Source: Marsupella aquatica
Lineage: Eukaryota; Plantae; Marchantiophyta
Reading direction: 5' to 3'
Length of the DNA: 64,000 nucleotides
Assembly: GCA_973895155.1 (NCBI GenBank)
Contig: OZ316892.1
Location: 24,065,971-24,129,970 of the forward strand
Below the pieces are notes generated by a model. It was not told where the DNA came from. It made no database searches and was given only the letters and a program-made list of their open reading frames with translations. The position numbers were made by a program, and so were the translations under genes. This document shows positions 37,501-52,140 of this stretch, in pieces; position 1 is the stretch's first letter, and every line of letters begins with the position of its first letter.

Positions 37501-40500
37501 AATGACGGCATTAGTTAAAAAGGGGAGGTAATCTCGTCTCAACAACTCACCTGCTTATCAACATTTGCATAGTCTGGAGAATCTTGAGCGCACATAATGA
37601 CCTGCACTTTGACAAAATTCTTGAGCCCCTCATCCTGAACCACTTCACGATCTTTGCCTGAGGAACCTACAGGTGGAAGAAGTCCAGAGGTTCGCTCAAA
37701 AGTTGGAGGCTCATCCACGTCGCCTTCTTCCGCGTCAAAGAAGTTTGACAGAGAGTGTGATGACCGCCTACGCTGATGACGTCCCGAAGATGAGTCTTCC
37801 GAATCTAAATCCTCCGTAGCATCGAAGAACCTATCATTTTCAATACTTTGCTTCTCTCGAGAGATTCTTTTCCCATGCTGGAGAGGTGATTGTTTTCGAC
37901 CACGTCGTCTCCCAGAACTATTTGCCCTCCCATTCATCCTTGGTGTGTGTGGCGTTTTGGATGTCTTTATGTATGAGCGAGCCAAATATTTACATGATGG
38001 AGACGTATGACCATGTAACTTATCCTCAATTTCGAGAGCTTGTAGTCCGGCCCCCAAAGACATGTCGTGTGTCTTCATGGCAAATTCGACCTGCATCACA
38101 AGATTGTGGATCGCAGTGAAATCGCAAGAACCCCATAGCTTCAAGGAAAATTCCAGAATAGGGATGTCACAGAGAGCAAACACCAGAGTAATGCCAATGA
38201 ATCTTGATACTTACTCATAATAGCATTCAAAGGCTCCTGCACTTTCGCAACCAGAATGACTCAAACAGTTTACCACAAACATCATGATTGAGCTCATACC
38301 TTAGTACCAATTGCCCGAAACTCCAGAAGCGGACTCTCTGGTTCCAGAAGTAACTGCTTTGAGGTATAATCGTCCTGAGTGGTACATAAAGCGGTTGTCA
38401 ATGGACTTTGAAAAAATTCCAGAGAGACGTAGAATCATCGATCGCAGATGAATGCGGACGGACCAATTCCATGAAACTCAACAAAAATCACTGAGTCAAG
38501 CTTCACGAAGGAAACATTCTTAAAATGTCTGCCTTAATCATCCGAATCTATCTGGGGACTGAGTTCGTGTATAGATGCTCAGATGTCTGTCTCTTACTAT
38601 ATGACTGTTGCTAATGATAATCTTGAGCTCATCCAGCACTCCTATCAAAAAGACCGACTCCTGTTGGGAAGAATTCAGGTTCTCCGTTGATGTTGTTGCT
38701 GCGACTACAGCATCTTTTGGATCGTCCTCTTGGTTCTTAGAACCGACCAGACTGGCAATAGCTGCTGGAGCCTGCATAGTGCCAAAACCAAATCATAATA
38801 TTATCCAAATTCCCTATTTTTTTATTGTGAAACTGCTTTCTATGCAAATCCTGAAAATCTCAACAGAAATGCACCGCACATGTTCCAATTTGCAAAGCTG
38901 ATTGCACTTCGTCCATTCATTCAGTTGGTTATTGTAAGGAATGTAGCTTACAGAAGTCCGATAAATGGCTCCAGTCAGCCGGCCTTGCCACCTTCTCATG
39001 TTGGATTCATCCTCGAAGCGCACGAGTAGTGCATTTACAGATTCTGCCACCTGAAACAAATAAAACAATAAAAGAACGCTTCATAATCTGACAACTGGAC
39101 GTGTTCCGATATCTCCAAAAGCTTTAAATATTTTTTCAGTACGAAAACTGCAACAGCTTCTATACTTAAAAAAGGGTAACTTCGTTCCCAGTAATTAAAC
39201 TTGGTGTACGACGGCAAGAAGTGAAACCATGGAAACCATTCCAACCAACACAAAATCTTTCAACAGACTACAAGAGGATAGCTGATCGACACCAATGACC
39301 ATCATTTGGTTGAAGCTGTTTTTGAACGAACCTTGTTATTGAACTGGCCCGCGTCACAAACTGCAAGCACATATGGGACATCCCCCACAGATTCGGGGGG
39401 AACAACAGAAACCTGCTTGCCTATTAGGCTACGCATTTGAACCCGCATATGAAGTAAGAATTTCCGCAGTGTGAGACAGCAAAATCAACTATTCGTAGGA
39501 CGGCAACAGCATAAAACTCCACGAAGAGAAAATCTTTCACAAGGAATATTTATGGACAAATGACGTCTCTAAGGATGACTGCACATATTGTAAAGTCCTG
39601 GGAAACTTCAAGTTCTTTAAACTCCAGAAAAAAAATTCCAAAATAATCTCAGACTGCAGGCCGTGAAGAGTTTCTACTACTGACAAATAACTTATTGGAA
39701 ACGTAAGTCAAGCCCTACCTAAAAGGATCCACTAAATCAGAAAAAGGAAGCCTATCATTTGAACAGCACTGAAAAAGGCTGCGTGCTTGCAAAAGTGGGT
39801 CAAATATCCACCGCAAACCCCCAAAGAAGCAGGTAGTAACTTCGATACCTGGAACAATATTTGTATGTCTGTGCATTGGGGTCGTCTAGCAGGTAGACAA
39901 AAGGACCAGTCAAAACAGCATGTCTGTGCTGCCAAACAGCCTCACGATGGCCTACACCCTGCCAACAAATAATGGACATTCAATGAAAAGACCGGCCTCT
40001 AAAACTGAAGCAAATTATACCATATTACACACCCTGAAGCAAGATGGTACTGAGAAAGCACATTTGCCTGACAATTTTGATTTGGTTGAGGAAGCAAGAA
40101 ATCCCAACAACGAGATTGACCAACATTTACAAGAACACGCCTCTATGTACCGAAATAGTACCTTCCAAGCTAGAACTGATACGGTCCCTTCGAAGTCAGA
40201 TGGCTCCCATGGACGCACTCCACTGTCCTCGTCGTCACTTGGGCTACTCTGAAATACCTTAGCGACTTGCATGAGCCGGTGATACCGTGCGGGAGAAAAG
40301 TGAAAACCCAGCGAAGGTAGCCGCAATGCCACCCTTGTCGCTGGGTAGTCAGGGTGAGGAACACATATCTGCATTTATTGCAAATCACCAAATAATTATA
40401 AAGGTCAATCCCGGCACATCCTTCTACTCACAGTTCCAAGATATTTCTTCTCGAAACAAAACCCAAAGAAGTCTTTTCGTCCTCCTGATGGTTTTCATAT

Positions 40501-43500
40501 AGTGATGCAATGTTCTTCAGATCTAACAAATTTTAATTCCTATTAGAAACTACATGAAGAAATCTAGAAGCACGTCTCTGTTACATCGTTGACTGATAAC
40601 TTAAAAATTCAGAGTCAATGAGAAGCCTTCAGGACCCTCGGAGCCCTGAAGAGGCATGAGAGAGAGCGAACAAACCAGCAAATCTATTAGAGGGTAACGA
40701 CTTAAGACAGTTTTGTCTCGGCCATTTCCAATCTCTGGTTACCTCACCTGCTGAAATGCCACTACCATACCACACCTTTCCAGTACTGGAAGGTATGAAT
40801 CTCGTTTCTGATCCTTCTTCCTCTTCATGAGAGAGCCAGCGACATCATCATAGTCTTTAGTCCAGTCGTGTTCTCCATCAACCAAGATAGCAGATACGTC
40901 AGTCAACTTCATTCGAAATCGCATGTAAAGTTCGTTCTCCTGTGTTGACTCCGTTGATTTTTCATCCTTCAAAACAGCAACAAACAGCTCTCCATCATCC
41001 AAAGAGGGAATCTTGCCATTGCTTAGAAAGAGAGAGGGCTATTATCATGAAGGACGCAGGATTGACAGAGCTGCACGCACTCCAATGATGCTTTGGAACA
41101 CCTAGATAGTCCACACAAGGCGATTGAGGACCACTACAGCCTTGAGAAGCAGTGTCATGCACAAATCCTCACCAGTTCAGTTTGAAGGCTGAAATACCCA
41201 AGATCAACCAGTAAGTTGCATTGGTGTTGACCATCAGGATAAAAGTCCGTCGGAATGGTAACCTTAGGTGCTGCAAGGTCGAGATCAATGGAAAACCTGC
41301 AAACAACATGCGCTAACCATTAGAGCAACAACAAATCAAGTAGTTCGGCATAAATAATAAAGGCAGCAATATGTCAAATTAGTCCAGACACACAAATACA
41401 TGAGGGCCACATCCACACGAACCATTCGTATGAGCACTTCCCTCATCAGGTACTCGTGAGGAACATTCCTACTCAATCTTTAAATATATGAGTGTCCCAA
41501 CGTTTAAAGATCAGTACAGATATTCTTACCGAGGGCGATCTTTCAAGGCCTGATTGATTTGCTGCTGGGCATTTTTTGTGACTTCGTCCAAGGTTGTCTG
41601 GAAGTAAGACACCATGCATCCATGATGAAACGGAACACTTTCACAATCTTTTGAATATAATTATCCTAACCCACGCAAAAAATCTCATTTCAAAGTAAAG
41701 CGCTGCGCATTTCGGAACGCAGATGTTGTCTCCACTACTCCTTTGAAACTGAATCGAAACCCTACGAAAGCAGAAAAAAATTAAATCCATCTTTGTTACT
41801 GACCTGCAGTGCAGTTGCTGTATCCAGCGCCACGCTTCGACTGACTGCTTTGCTACTTTGAAAAAATTTGATAACCTTGTTAACGCTCCGCATCAGAACC
41901 TGTTTGCAGGATAAATGACACATGGCATCAATACCAGATGTCATTGTAAAGCAAACAGGCATGTTTGAAATTGGCACCCAACTCATAGTGCTCTTAAACA
42001 AATTTCTCACAGGCAGAATAGTCAACATTGAATGGCAAGGAAATACTAATGAGCTCAATCTTTCAGATCAGAAAAGTATGCCGTTGATGCCAGACCGTTG
42101 CATAGCACGGTGAAGCCTTTGCAGCCAAGCTCCAATCCAGCTTTTGAGACTGGTCTCCACTGGGCTCCAAGTCCATCTCACTTGGCAGATAAGTGAAAGT
42201 TGCAGTAACCGCTTCGGTCTTAGTCGCACTCTGGTTCAAAACAGATATAAAATCCAACCAACTCCAATAAGTTAGATAGACACTCCTTCCGTACACTTAT
42301 AAGAGCTATACTTCTTGGCATAAAACTATTTATCAGTATGGGATTTCATTGGTTTGATTTACAAGGTATAACGAAGATTAGATGCAACAAATCCGGTGAA
42401 TTGACCAATACAAGGGAACCATTGCTGCCTTCTGAACTGTGGGTACTTAGTTAACACACAAAGAATCTGTGAGCATGTCTTCGTTCGGAAAGCAATCGTT
42501 CATGCACCAACCTCTGCGAGTAATCCTTCCGGACATGCAACCTGGTATGAACCCAATTTCACGTTAAATCGTATAGTCTTGGGATACATATGGAGAACAC
42601 ACTGAAGATCGTCAGCCGATAGCTCCAGTAACTCTTCTTTGTCTTGCCCGACTAGTTTTGTGGCATTGCGGCGCATGCGTACATCCAAAAGAGTGTGAAG
42701 CATATTCGGAGGCTCCTGGCCAGGCAAGATATTTGACTTTTCTCCTTCTTGATATCCTATTAATCGATTGAATTTCTCCAGGTCTTCATCAGTAAATCGG
42801 GCCGCTGGTTCAACCTCAGCTGATTCGCCTCCTCCCCTGTCAAAAGAAAGTAGCCAAGCTCAGAAAGACAGATGATTCATACTAACCCACAGGCCACCCG
42901 TTGCTTGCTACGAGCATCCACATTCTATATCACCCATTGCAGCGAATCATAAATGCGCTACTCCCAAACCTTGAGACAGTAATACTCCAAAACTGACAAG
43001 GTAGATGGATGCAGGTTCCATCATCAATCTATAGCAACTTCACACTCAGATGCAAAACCCCTCAATTTGGAAAGGCGCATTAGCAGAAGTAGGCTGTTTC
43101 AAATGTCAATGAAGGTCTTGGCATGAAAAGAGTGTGATGGATTCTGTGCTGGATAACACGAAGTCCTACTTTTGCATCATATTTTCACTTACCACCAAGA
43201 CCACCAACTGCGATTTTGCTGCTGTTTCTTCTGGTCCTTTGCTCGAGTACTGTCCACAAATGAATGAGACATCATTCTGCAAAACAAGAGCAGGCATTTT
43301 CCCTCAGCTGCCACTTACGTCTCATTTCTGTCAACCATTTCTTTGTATGTCATTGTTAAAGCCAGTCAACTATGCGAGTCGTGGACCGACGACTTTGTGA
43401 AATCCTTGTATATCTATCAACATTGTCTTTAGAACTACCTCTGTCCTATGTCCGTATCTGTGCGCTACAAAAATCACTCCAAACGAGTGGAAAGAAAATT

Positions 43501-46500
43501 TGCAAAGATAGTGTAGTATGAAACCAAACATGAAGGAAATCATTGGACACAACCGCTTCGAACAAAGGAAATTCACTACAACTCAAGAACTGGAGATTCT
43601 GTCTGGACGAGGTTGTACCCTCTCAATTCATTCCAATTGTTTAGGCCCTAAAAGCCGATAAAACAGAGCGGAAAAGAACATACCTCCATTGAATAATCAC
43701 ATCTGTGTCAAGCTCACGATCCAAAGCCTTTATTTCTTCGTTGTTATCAACAGATATCCGATCTGGATTGCCAGATTGCAAACATGACACGTAAAGTGAC
43801 ATGTACTTTTTTCTCAGCCCTGACAATCTTACAACCCGATTCCACGACACGTGACCACTGAGACAATAGCAGTGAGAATAAACGTAAGTACGTCAGTTGA
43901 GGAAACAGCAGGGACCTGAATTTTCGAGCCTCATCTAAATTGCGATCTTCTAGAACAAATGTTAAGTCTATGAGACCCATTGGGCTGTCTTACAAGAGAG
44001 AAACACTTCTACTTGCTCACCTTCCCAGCTTTTGCTGCTCGGCCACGGCTTTGATAGCATATTGCCACCACGCCCTCTTGTCTTCTTTGATAGGGACTGA
44101 AGGTCGAAAGTGTGCGTACTGCAAACGCTTGTTAAATGTCGAAAAGTTTTCTGCCACTTTGAGAGCGTCCCGATATTGCCCCTGTAATAAAACCCGACAT
44201 GAATACACTTAAAGAAGGGTGAGGTGACCAAATTGTCACTCGGGCCTAAATTTATAAGCATTGAAGGTCCTCAGACCCATACATGCAACAATTTGAATCA
44301 TTTCTTCTGTAATATATTGAGGAGGTAGTTTCGAAGGTTGTAACCTTTGCTTCAATTCGGGACCTCTGGACTTTAAAATCATTTTTAAGCGATCAAGCTT
44401 CATGTTCTGAAAAATCATGAGACCTTCTTTGAAAAAATAATCCGAAAGAGAACAAACACATTCAACAATTGATCAACACTTAGGTCTTTCCCTGATGGAG
44501 GACAAAGGGAAGTCTGGCCTACCTCTGACAAACTGACTGTCACATCATCCAGCATAACAACTGCCTTCTGTGCAGGGCTGTCTGGAGTTCTTTGATCTTT
44601 GTTAGCAAGTTTAAAGTATCTTGCATTCCCACCAACAGGTTGCAATATATAACTATGCGTCTGTGTTCCAAGGCCTTTGAATCCTTCTGAGTGCTCTGAC
44701 TTGATACCTTGAACAAAGATCTGTTTCAAACGCGTGGCATCACAACAATTCAGTTTCAATTCGTCTCCGCAACCAAAGGGGAGAAAGTGACCTTAGGCAA
44801 GAAAATCCCTCACCGGCTGAATAAAATGCACCAGCTGAACAAAATGCGAGTCGACTGCTTACATTCTTTAACCATGATGTGCAGGAAAACGAAACATCAG
44901 TAGTAAAACTTGTAGGAACTGACTCTGTAACTTATTTTTGTGGATGGACCAGATGATGTGCCAAGCACGAACAATATATAATTAGACGTGGAAAAAATAC
45001 GTACCTGAGTCCACTCGTCGGGACGGAGCTGCTCCCAACTTCTGTTAACCTTCCAAGGCTCATTATCAGGGTCAAAGTACAAAGCTAGACGCTGCAGCTC
45101 TGCTGACTGCCAGTAACACAAGAAAAGAATATTCAATATCTAATCCTGCGCAGTCGACTATGCTCTTTGCGTATAATGCCTCAGATATGGAAGTAACCGT
45201 CAGCATCCGTAAATCGTAGCAAACCCATCAACTTCTTTTACAACTTGAGAACGCAAGTGGCAGCAGGGATATAGGGCGGCAAGCAAGCCAAAAGTGACTC
45301 AATAACTAAGAAAAAAGCACCTATTCCAGAATGGCGTCCTAGACGACGAACCTTTTGAATACGATCGAGTGATCCTCCAGTCACAAAGGTTTCTTTGCCA
45401 TTTTGATCAACAGTCACAGCCGCAAGCTTTTCAAGTGTCATCCCAGCAGCAAAAGGATGCCCGGGATGGCTGAAATGAAGAGCCAGCAATGGAAACCACA
45501 AATCAGGTCCAATTTGCCCCTCTACATTCAAGAACGTGCATACAGAATCAGAGGGAAGAAACTCAAATTTCGACACTGACAAGCTCTTACCTTTCTACAT
45601 CCTCATATCTAATGTGGATGTTGCTAATGGAGAGTTTGAGGTTGCCTATGATAGTGCTGATCAAGGAGCCCAACCACGAAGAGTTGTTCTGATTTGCAAG
45701 CAACAAAAAAGTACCGAAATGTGAGTACTCACTAAATATATAATAACGGACGAGACTGAGATGTGGACCACATCTACCATCCAGGATCTTTTGCGGGTTG
45801 TAGAGAAATGATGTTAATACGCGCTATCTTGAAACAAAAATTCGTCCTGTTAAAACCATTTTGTTCATTCACGTGTCAAATCCCTCTGCAATGTGCCTGT
45901 ATACTCGGTGAATCAGTAGTGGCGAAAGAATATCATATTCACCCTTGAAGATGGACATGAAAACCAACCCCTTCCATCTCTCAATGTAAACGGAAGAGTG
46001 ATTTACACATATTTAATCGTGGGTGCATTACTACAGTGGAGAATTTAACTTATCTAAGATGGGGACCAACAAATGTCTTTCTGTCTGGTATGACATAAGA
46101 AGGTGAAGTGTACGGTTCAGCAGTGCGTATCACATCAGCATGACTGTAGTGCAGTTTTCTTCTTAAAAAAAATAGATAGCATGACTGGATGACTGTATAT
46201 TCTACTAAGATAACATTAGAAATTACCACATCTTGTTTCATTGCCTCCTCCCCTCGAGCTTCCACCAGTTTTCTTTCAGCCTCCTGTAAAAATGTATGGA
46301 ATTACACTTTGTTAAATCTTCAAAGCAGTTAAGCGACCACAAAACGAAAACGCTAGACATTGCCAATGATACCCATTGGACGCAATACCAGGTATCCTAG
46401 TATCAAAACAAATGCCTTCGCAACTGAATTGTGCGGTAGAAAAGAAACAACATTACCAACGACACTATAGCGGCTACCAAACTCGCACGTAGATCAGACT

Positions 46501-48823
46501 AGATCAAAATTTCTAGCAGCCAGTGAATAGCATACCGTGACTCGTTTCATCTTAGCCTCCTGAAGAGCATCACCAGAGTCACCTCCATCGACAGTTGTTG
46601 CCGGTTCAGCCAAAAGAAATATTCGGTCAAGAATCACAACGACTGGCTCCTGACCGAGTCGACTCCAGGGAATCTGTCATTTACCGAGGGATTGTACGTC
46701 ATCAGCACCCGACATGTGGCCAACAACAAAATCATACCTTCCTATTCAAAGCATTTGATAGAAATTGGGAATCTCAATGTGCTCTCTTTTCAGTCTCCTG
46801 TATTTGCTGCCAAGGTCGTCTGGGTGCTGCTACTTTCCATTTTAGCAAGTCTTTGAACACGATCGGTCTCATGTACTGCTTGGATCCATGTGACTGTCGA
46901 CCAACTCACCCTTTCATTTGTTCATGTTCTTTCATTCATTCTCTTATAACAATAAAAGAAAGTGAAACCAGGAAGAATGACATCGTCTTGTGACTCTCCT
47001 CATGCTCCCTCTGTCCATCATCCAACGAATTTACGGGAACTAGGGCTTGGCATTTCTTTCTACTCAATGACCACCGATGTTTTATTCAGGCTACGATCTA
47101 ACACGACTTGACCATTATACAAAACTCTTGAAAGCTCAAATTTAGCTACTTATGATAACATTGTAATACCACAAAAACTACCACCTACTAACAGCTTTCA
47201 GGGGCATTTTCCTCCCTACCGATATGAAAGAGAGTGGGAATCCAAAGTACTCTAGGCCTACCTTTTTCATTCATACACTTGGTTTGGCTAGCCATTTGTC
47301 ACTTTACTTTCTATCTCGTGCCCTTTCAAGAGTCCATGGACTTCAAAGAGCTTATCTTCTGGTCAAGTTCATATATCAAACGATCCAGAGTGGTGTTCGG
47401 GCAGTAATTTCTGGTCCGAGACCCCATTTATTAATTAATTTCCATATTTTTCAACCTGCCACCCCCGTCTGCTGTAGGCAACACTACAACATTCGAACAA
47501 GTATCATAAAAGTACATGAATATATATCATCTTATGCGCCACGTGCAATAAAATTAACAACATTCGTATTTCGAAAACATCCAAACTTACCCACCGTTTT
47601 CCTGCTAACCCACTTTCGATCAGCTAATTGATTTTCCAGCCTTTGATTTCCCTCTCCATTTCTCTTTTCCAGAGATCATATTCCAGATCCTAAGTGTTTA
47701 AAGTTTGGCAGACAATGTGGCTTTGGCTTTGAAGGTAGACATCTCCAGTCCAACAAAAAGTCTTGTTTTCGACCCGCATTGTGACACAAGTACTAATGTC
47801 AATGTTAATAATGTGCAAAGATCGCATTGCCCGCAGAGTGTCCCAGCTCCTTTTCTGGCATCTTGTAAACTTTTTCCGATTCATCATCATGTACATAAAT
47901 ACCTTAAACCAAAATCAAAACCAGCCATCAAATCGAGCAAGGAAACCGTCACACCTTAAGTTTGACAGACCCCAAGAATCCTGCCTTCACTTTGATCGGC
48001 AGCTTGAGAGCATTCAAAGCTTCTGGCTTCAGCTGCATATTCGTAAGTTCCACATTCCCTGAACAATGAAGAACACACATCAGACACCCGAATCCATACG
48101 ACGCCGGCCTTTCTGCGACGAAATTTTATAATTGAAAACGGTCAGCTATAAGTTCGGACCAATGTCTTCATTAACTTGACAGGTCGTACAATTTGCAATT
48201 TCGGGTGGCGGTAAAGCACTTCGAGGCACATCTTCACCGTTAAGTCCAAATTCTAAGTAGAGACACAATTTACTTCCTCCTAAAGATTACGCGTGCGAGG
48301 TAAATTCATATTTCCAGGGCAGATACTGACAGACTCCTCCTATCCCACGAATGCCGATATGACTGCTTATAGAATCCAGATATTACAAGAATCGCAGTAC
48401 AAATATGGCGACATTGTTTGCTCTTCATTGCCCACTCCAGCAAGCTGACAAGTTTTCTTTCCACCTCGTAAATGCACATTCTAATTCCCAGTATTCTGAG
48501 GGCGATCAGCCGCGACAAACATATTTTCCTTCTACTGTGCGTAGAGCAGATTGAGAAGTTCCATCCGAGGGGCGAGTCTACACAGACTGATTAGAGAAAT
48601 CGGCCGAACAGGATTCGAAGGAGGCAGAGCCTAAAAGACATCAATCTACGACCGAAGTAACCGATCATTGTTATTCCAAAATCATCAATCCATTAATCAA
48701 CAACAAAGAAATGCGCCTCATACCTGCCCAGACACTGATCTTGAGAGCATCCTTGGAAAGTCCCTTGACAAATTTGCCAAGGTACTTATCCAAGTAATAC
48801 GCGACCTGCTCCTCGAAGACCAT
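19541..48823 (-). CDS. VPS13: Vacuolar protein sorting 13 bridge-like lipid transfer protein, plant multidomain VPS13M (AT4G17140-like); dozens of exons
   Basis: Exon 1 (48724-48823) MVFEEQVAYYLDKYLGKFVKGLSKDALKISVWA and exon 2 GNVELTNMQLKPEALNALKLPIKVKAGFLGSVKLK form the chorein N-terminus; also IGNLKLSISNIHIRYED. Further regions: PH-like (GVGHREAVWQHRHAVLTGPFVY), DUF946/Vps62-like repeats (FWRPRAPPGFAVLGD, IWRPVVPSGCVILGD), C2-like (SARTRCV...WDEVFIFEV), DysF-like (FENERYQPIVGWG...VRRRRWLRTRQ), VAB repeats, ATG2_C-like (GVGDGLLQGTEALARG), and a terminal DUF946-like exon ending at TGA 19541-19543. The splice sites I checked are GT-AG and in frame. Confidence 0.96.
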
Positions 48824-50170
48824 GGTGGCTTCTCCTCCTCCTCACGAACTTCTTCGTTCCCTCAAGCCTTCTTGTAAATCTAAAGATGATACCACTAAAA
48901 CTAATTTGCCCCTCCGATCCCTAAACCAATCCGTCGCTGTCGTGTCCCATTAGACACACTCTGCGCGCTTTCAATAAACCTACGAGAATAGATTCCGCTC
49001 CGTTTCTCACTTGCAAAACGAGATTTTGAAGCCTTATCCTGTCGTTCGCCAGGTACAATCCATAGACGAATTCCTTTCAGACCTAAAACAGTTCACTGCG
49101 ACTGATACAAGAGTCCAAGCTCAATTCGACGAAGAGTGGATATACAGGATTTTAGCGGAACTTCGTTAACAGTCAACGCTGCTGTCCCAAGGCGGAATTC
49201 AGAAAACTACAGGTGAATCCCTTAAATTTCTCCTCCACAATATGGCTACCGACGCCACAAACGTACTACGCAACCTTCCAACTATCTTGCAATCTGGCTA
49301 ACAGCAGTGGTCGTTTCGTCTGTCCATCCAGCAAAAAACCCGGCGCATGCACTCATCCACTGATCACCTACTGCTCGTATTCTCTGCGGTTATATACGAA
49401 CAGGGTTCGCAGGTCGCCACTGTGAATTATCGAATTCCAGTTGCGGTTCGGCGCTGACGAAATCCAGTTGCCGCTTCTTCAATGCGGTACAAAGAAGGAC
49501 GACAATGGCCAGCTGCGTTTCTCCGCTTCCTCAGATAGCAACAAGAGTTTCCAATTCTCCTCTCCATTCACAATCAGGCCAACAAGCACACGAGCTCCAG
49601 CTGTCCAACACCGTCGGGAAAAAATCACCGCTGCCTCCTACCTCAGCTCTATCTGCAGTCCCCTTTCCTGATCAACCTCTGCACCATATGTGCAAATCCG
49701 TCGTCGAACAAAATGGACCGATCCAAAAAACCTACAGTACTGTCCTGAGCCGACCGACACTAAATTTCTTCTCATCAAGAATCCTGTGAATCCATCAACC
49801 AAACAATCCACCACATACAGAATGGATTCTCGACCAAAACCGTCCTCTCTCACTCTCTCTCTCACGCCCATCCATGCACTTCAAATTCAATTGCCTCCAA
49901 GCTGCCTCTCACCGATCTCTCTCTCACTTTGCTCTCTCCAACACTCAGAGGGCAAATTCTTTCTGCAGAGCAAAGCTGCTGTTTCGCTGTTTCGCAAGAG
50001 AAGAAGCAGGAGCAAGAATCCGCACGCGAGCCGGAAAAACCGGCTGAACTAATCAATCCTCACCCGTCGCAGCAGCAGACGAGACGAGAGCAGCGAGTTC
50101 TCCATGATGCTCTCGTTTTCGCCACGAGAGAAATCATCGCTCCGCTTCTCGCTCACTGACGGACTGACCG
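48824..50170 (-). promoter_or_regulatory. Probable VPS13 5' leader / proximal promoter
   Basis: CpG-rich non-coding DNA with GA-rich tracts on the minus strand (49840-49940, 50080-50160) upstream of the ATG. The TSS cannot be determined from sequence. Confidence 0.5.
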
Positions 50171-50249
50171 CTCAGCTCTCTCGCATGCGATTGGGGACGA
50201 GTCGAATTACTACACTATTGTTCAAAGCACGGAGCTCCGCCTGTCTCGT

Positions 50250-52140
50250 TTTCTCACCACTCCGGTTTTCTCTCTTTTCTCTCTTTTGCGTCTTTCTCTT
50301 TGTTTATTTTTCCCCTAAAGGACCCCAATTGTTTTTTAGGTGAAATCTGTGAAACCCCTCTTTTCCCCCTTTTGGGTCTTTCTCTTTGTTTATTTTTCCC
50401 CTATTGTTTTTTAGGTGAAATCTGTGAGACCCCACGGAAAGTGAAGAGTTTGAACCCAAAACCTGTCAATCTCTATTCAAGTGAGAAGTGAGGTATAGTT
50501 ACCACAAAGTCATGCCTCCCTTGGCAGGACCCTAATTTATTAAAAATAACTTTTAATAATTAAGTTGTTAGGACACTAGAGATGTTCAAATTCATACTAG
50601 TGCCATGGTGGTTTTTGTTGTATTTACAACGAAGCACCCAATTCTTCTACGGACCACAAGTTCAAAAAAGGAACCAAGATGGGAATATACAAAAGCCCTG
50701 GTATATTTATAGACATACAGAAATAATGACAATATTGTAAATTAGGATATCTTTAGTGGCAATGTAGATATTGTAAATTAGGATATCTTTCAACACAGTA
50801 ACCAAGGTGTGAATATACAAAACCTTTGCATATTTATAGATGCATAGAAATATTGTGAATTATGATATCTTTAGTGGCAATGTAGTTTAAATTTTTGTTA
50901 AAAACTGGACAAACTGAATACAATGAAGTTTTGAAAGGATCCTAATTTATTAAAACATAAACAACCAATATACAATGAAGTGAAAGCAAATTAGGTCCAA
51001 AGAGGACAACACTACATAAGAGGCAAATACAACCTCAAAATTTGCTAGGCATTTTTCTCTTTTGGTCTAGAGGTATGATTGTGTCCATAGTTAAACTAAC
51101 CTTAGTCATAGACTTGGTTGGGTTAGTTAGGTTGCATACTATATCCCCAAGCGATGTTTGCTTGGATAGGAAGAACTCAAGTTCATTGTTACGGAGCCAG
51201 TTGAGATATAGGGAGATCTTGTATTGTGGAGACTCGGTATGTTCAACGGGCTCAGAGTGCAATAAAGTTCTCGTGTGTTCCCGTGGATATAACCTCAATT
51301 AAGGTGAACCATGTATCTCTTTGTATTGACTACTTGTGGGTTAGATGCTCATGGGCTTGCCAGCATAGATGTCGTCTTTGCTCAACAAAATTAAGGGTGT
51401 CTCAATTTCTCACCACTCCTGATTCCTCTCTTTTGCGTCTTCCTCCATTTGTTTTTTGTTTTGTTTTATAAAGTACCCTGATTTATTTTAAAAAATTAAC
51501 ATACAAAATACAATGAACTAAACAAGGTCCAAAGCTTGCTCCTTTTGTTTTTTAATAAAGTATATTCAAAACAGAGCAAAGCCCCGAGAAACCCTGTGGT
51601 GAGGACCAGCGGGGGACAAGGGACAGGGAGCAAAACCCAGGAGCAAGGCAAAAGGCACTGGTGGAAGCCGAAGTACCACCAAGCACAAACAACATAGCCC
51701 CATGCCCCAGGTCCAAAACTCCTACCAGGCTTTCACTTTTCAGTTTTGGACCCAATAAAATCTTTAATTTTCTGATTCTTAGTAGAGTTTTTGCTGTTGT
51801 GGGGGTCTCTTTGGTTTCTTGGGTTTGTCAGGTCTTTTTACTTGTGGGATCCTGTCTCCTAGTATGGCATTTGTTTCTTTTAGGCAGTGCGACATATGGT
51901 ACAAAGAGGACAAGAGGCAAATGCAACCTCAAAAAACAGAGGCTGTCTTGTTTTCTCACCACTCCTGTTGTCTCTCTTTTGAGTCTTTCTCCTTGTTTTG
52001 TTTGTGAACGGACCCTAATTTATTAAAAGTAAACAAGATACAACAAAGTACAAGAGGCTCCAAAGAGGACAATAGGCAAATGCAACCTCAAAATTGAGGC
52101 TTTCTTGTGTTCTCACCACTCCTGCTTTCTCTCTTTCGAG
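50250..52140. repeat. Patchwork of short diverged direct repeats
   Basis: ggaccctaatttattaaaa-like motifs at ~50527, 50937, 51473 and 52010; ttctcaccactcc at ~50251, 51407, 51953 and 52110; aggcaaatgcaacctcaaaa-like at ~51021, 51915 and 52074; plus local duplications at 50293-50432 and 50671-50885. Confidence 0.7.
50431..50525 (-). mobile_element. tRNA-derived SINE-like head
   Basis: The minus strand reads gccaagggaggcatgactttgtggtaa (A-box-like) ... aggttttgggttcaaactc (B-box-like). Confidence 0.4.

Noticed and set aside
19541-48823. Many separate ORFs of 60-540 aa that could be read as a gene cluster or operon
   Set aside because: The minus-strand ORFs are exons of one VPS13 gene with intronic extensions; the plus-strand ORFs are antisense shadows.
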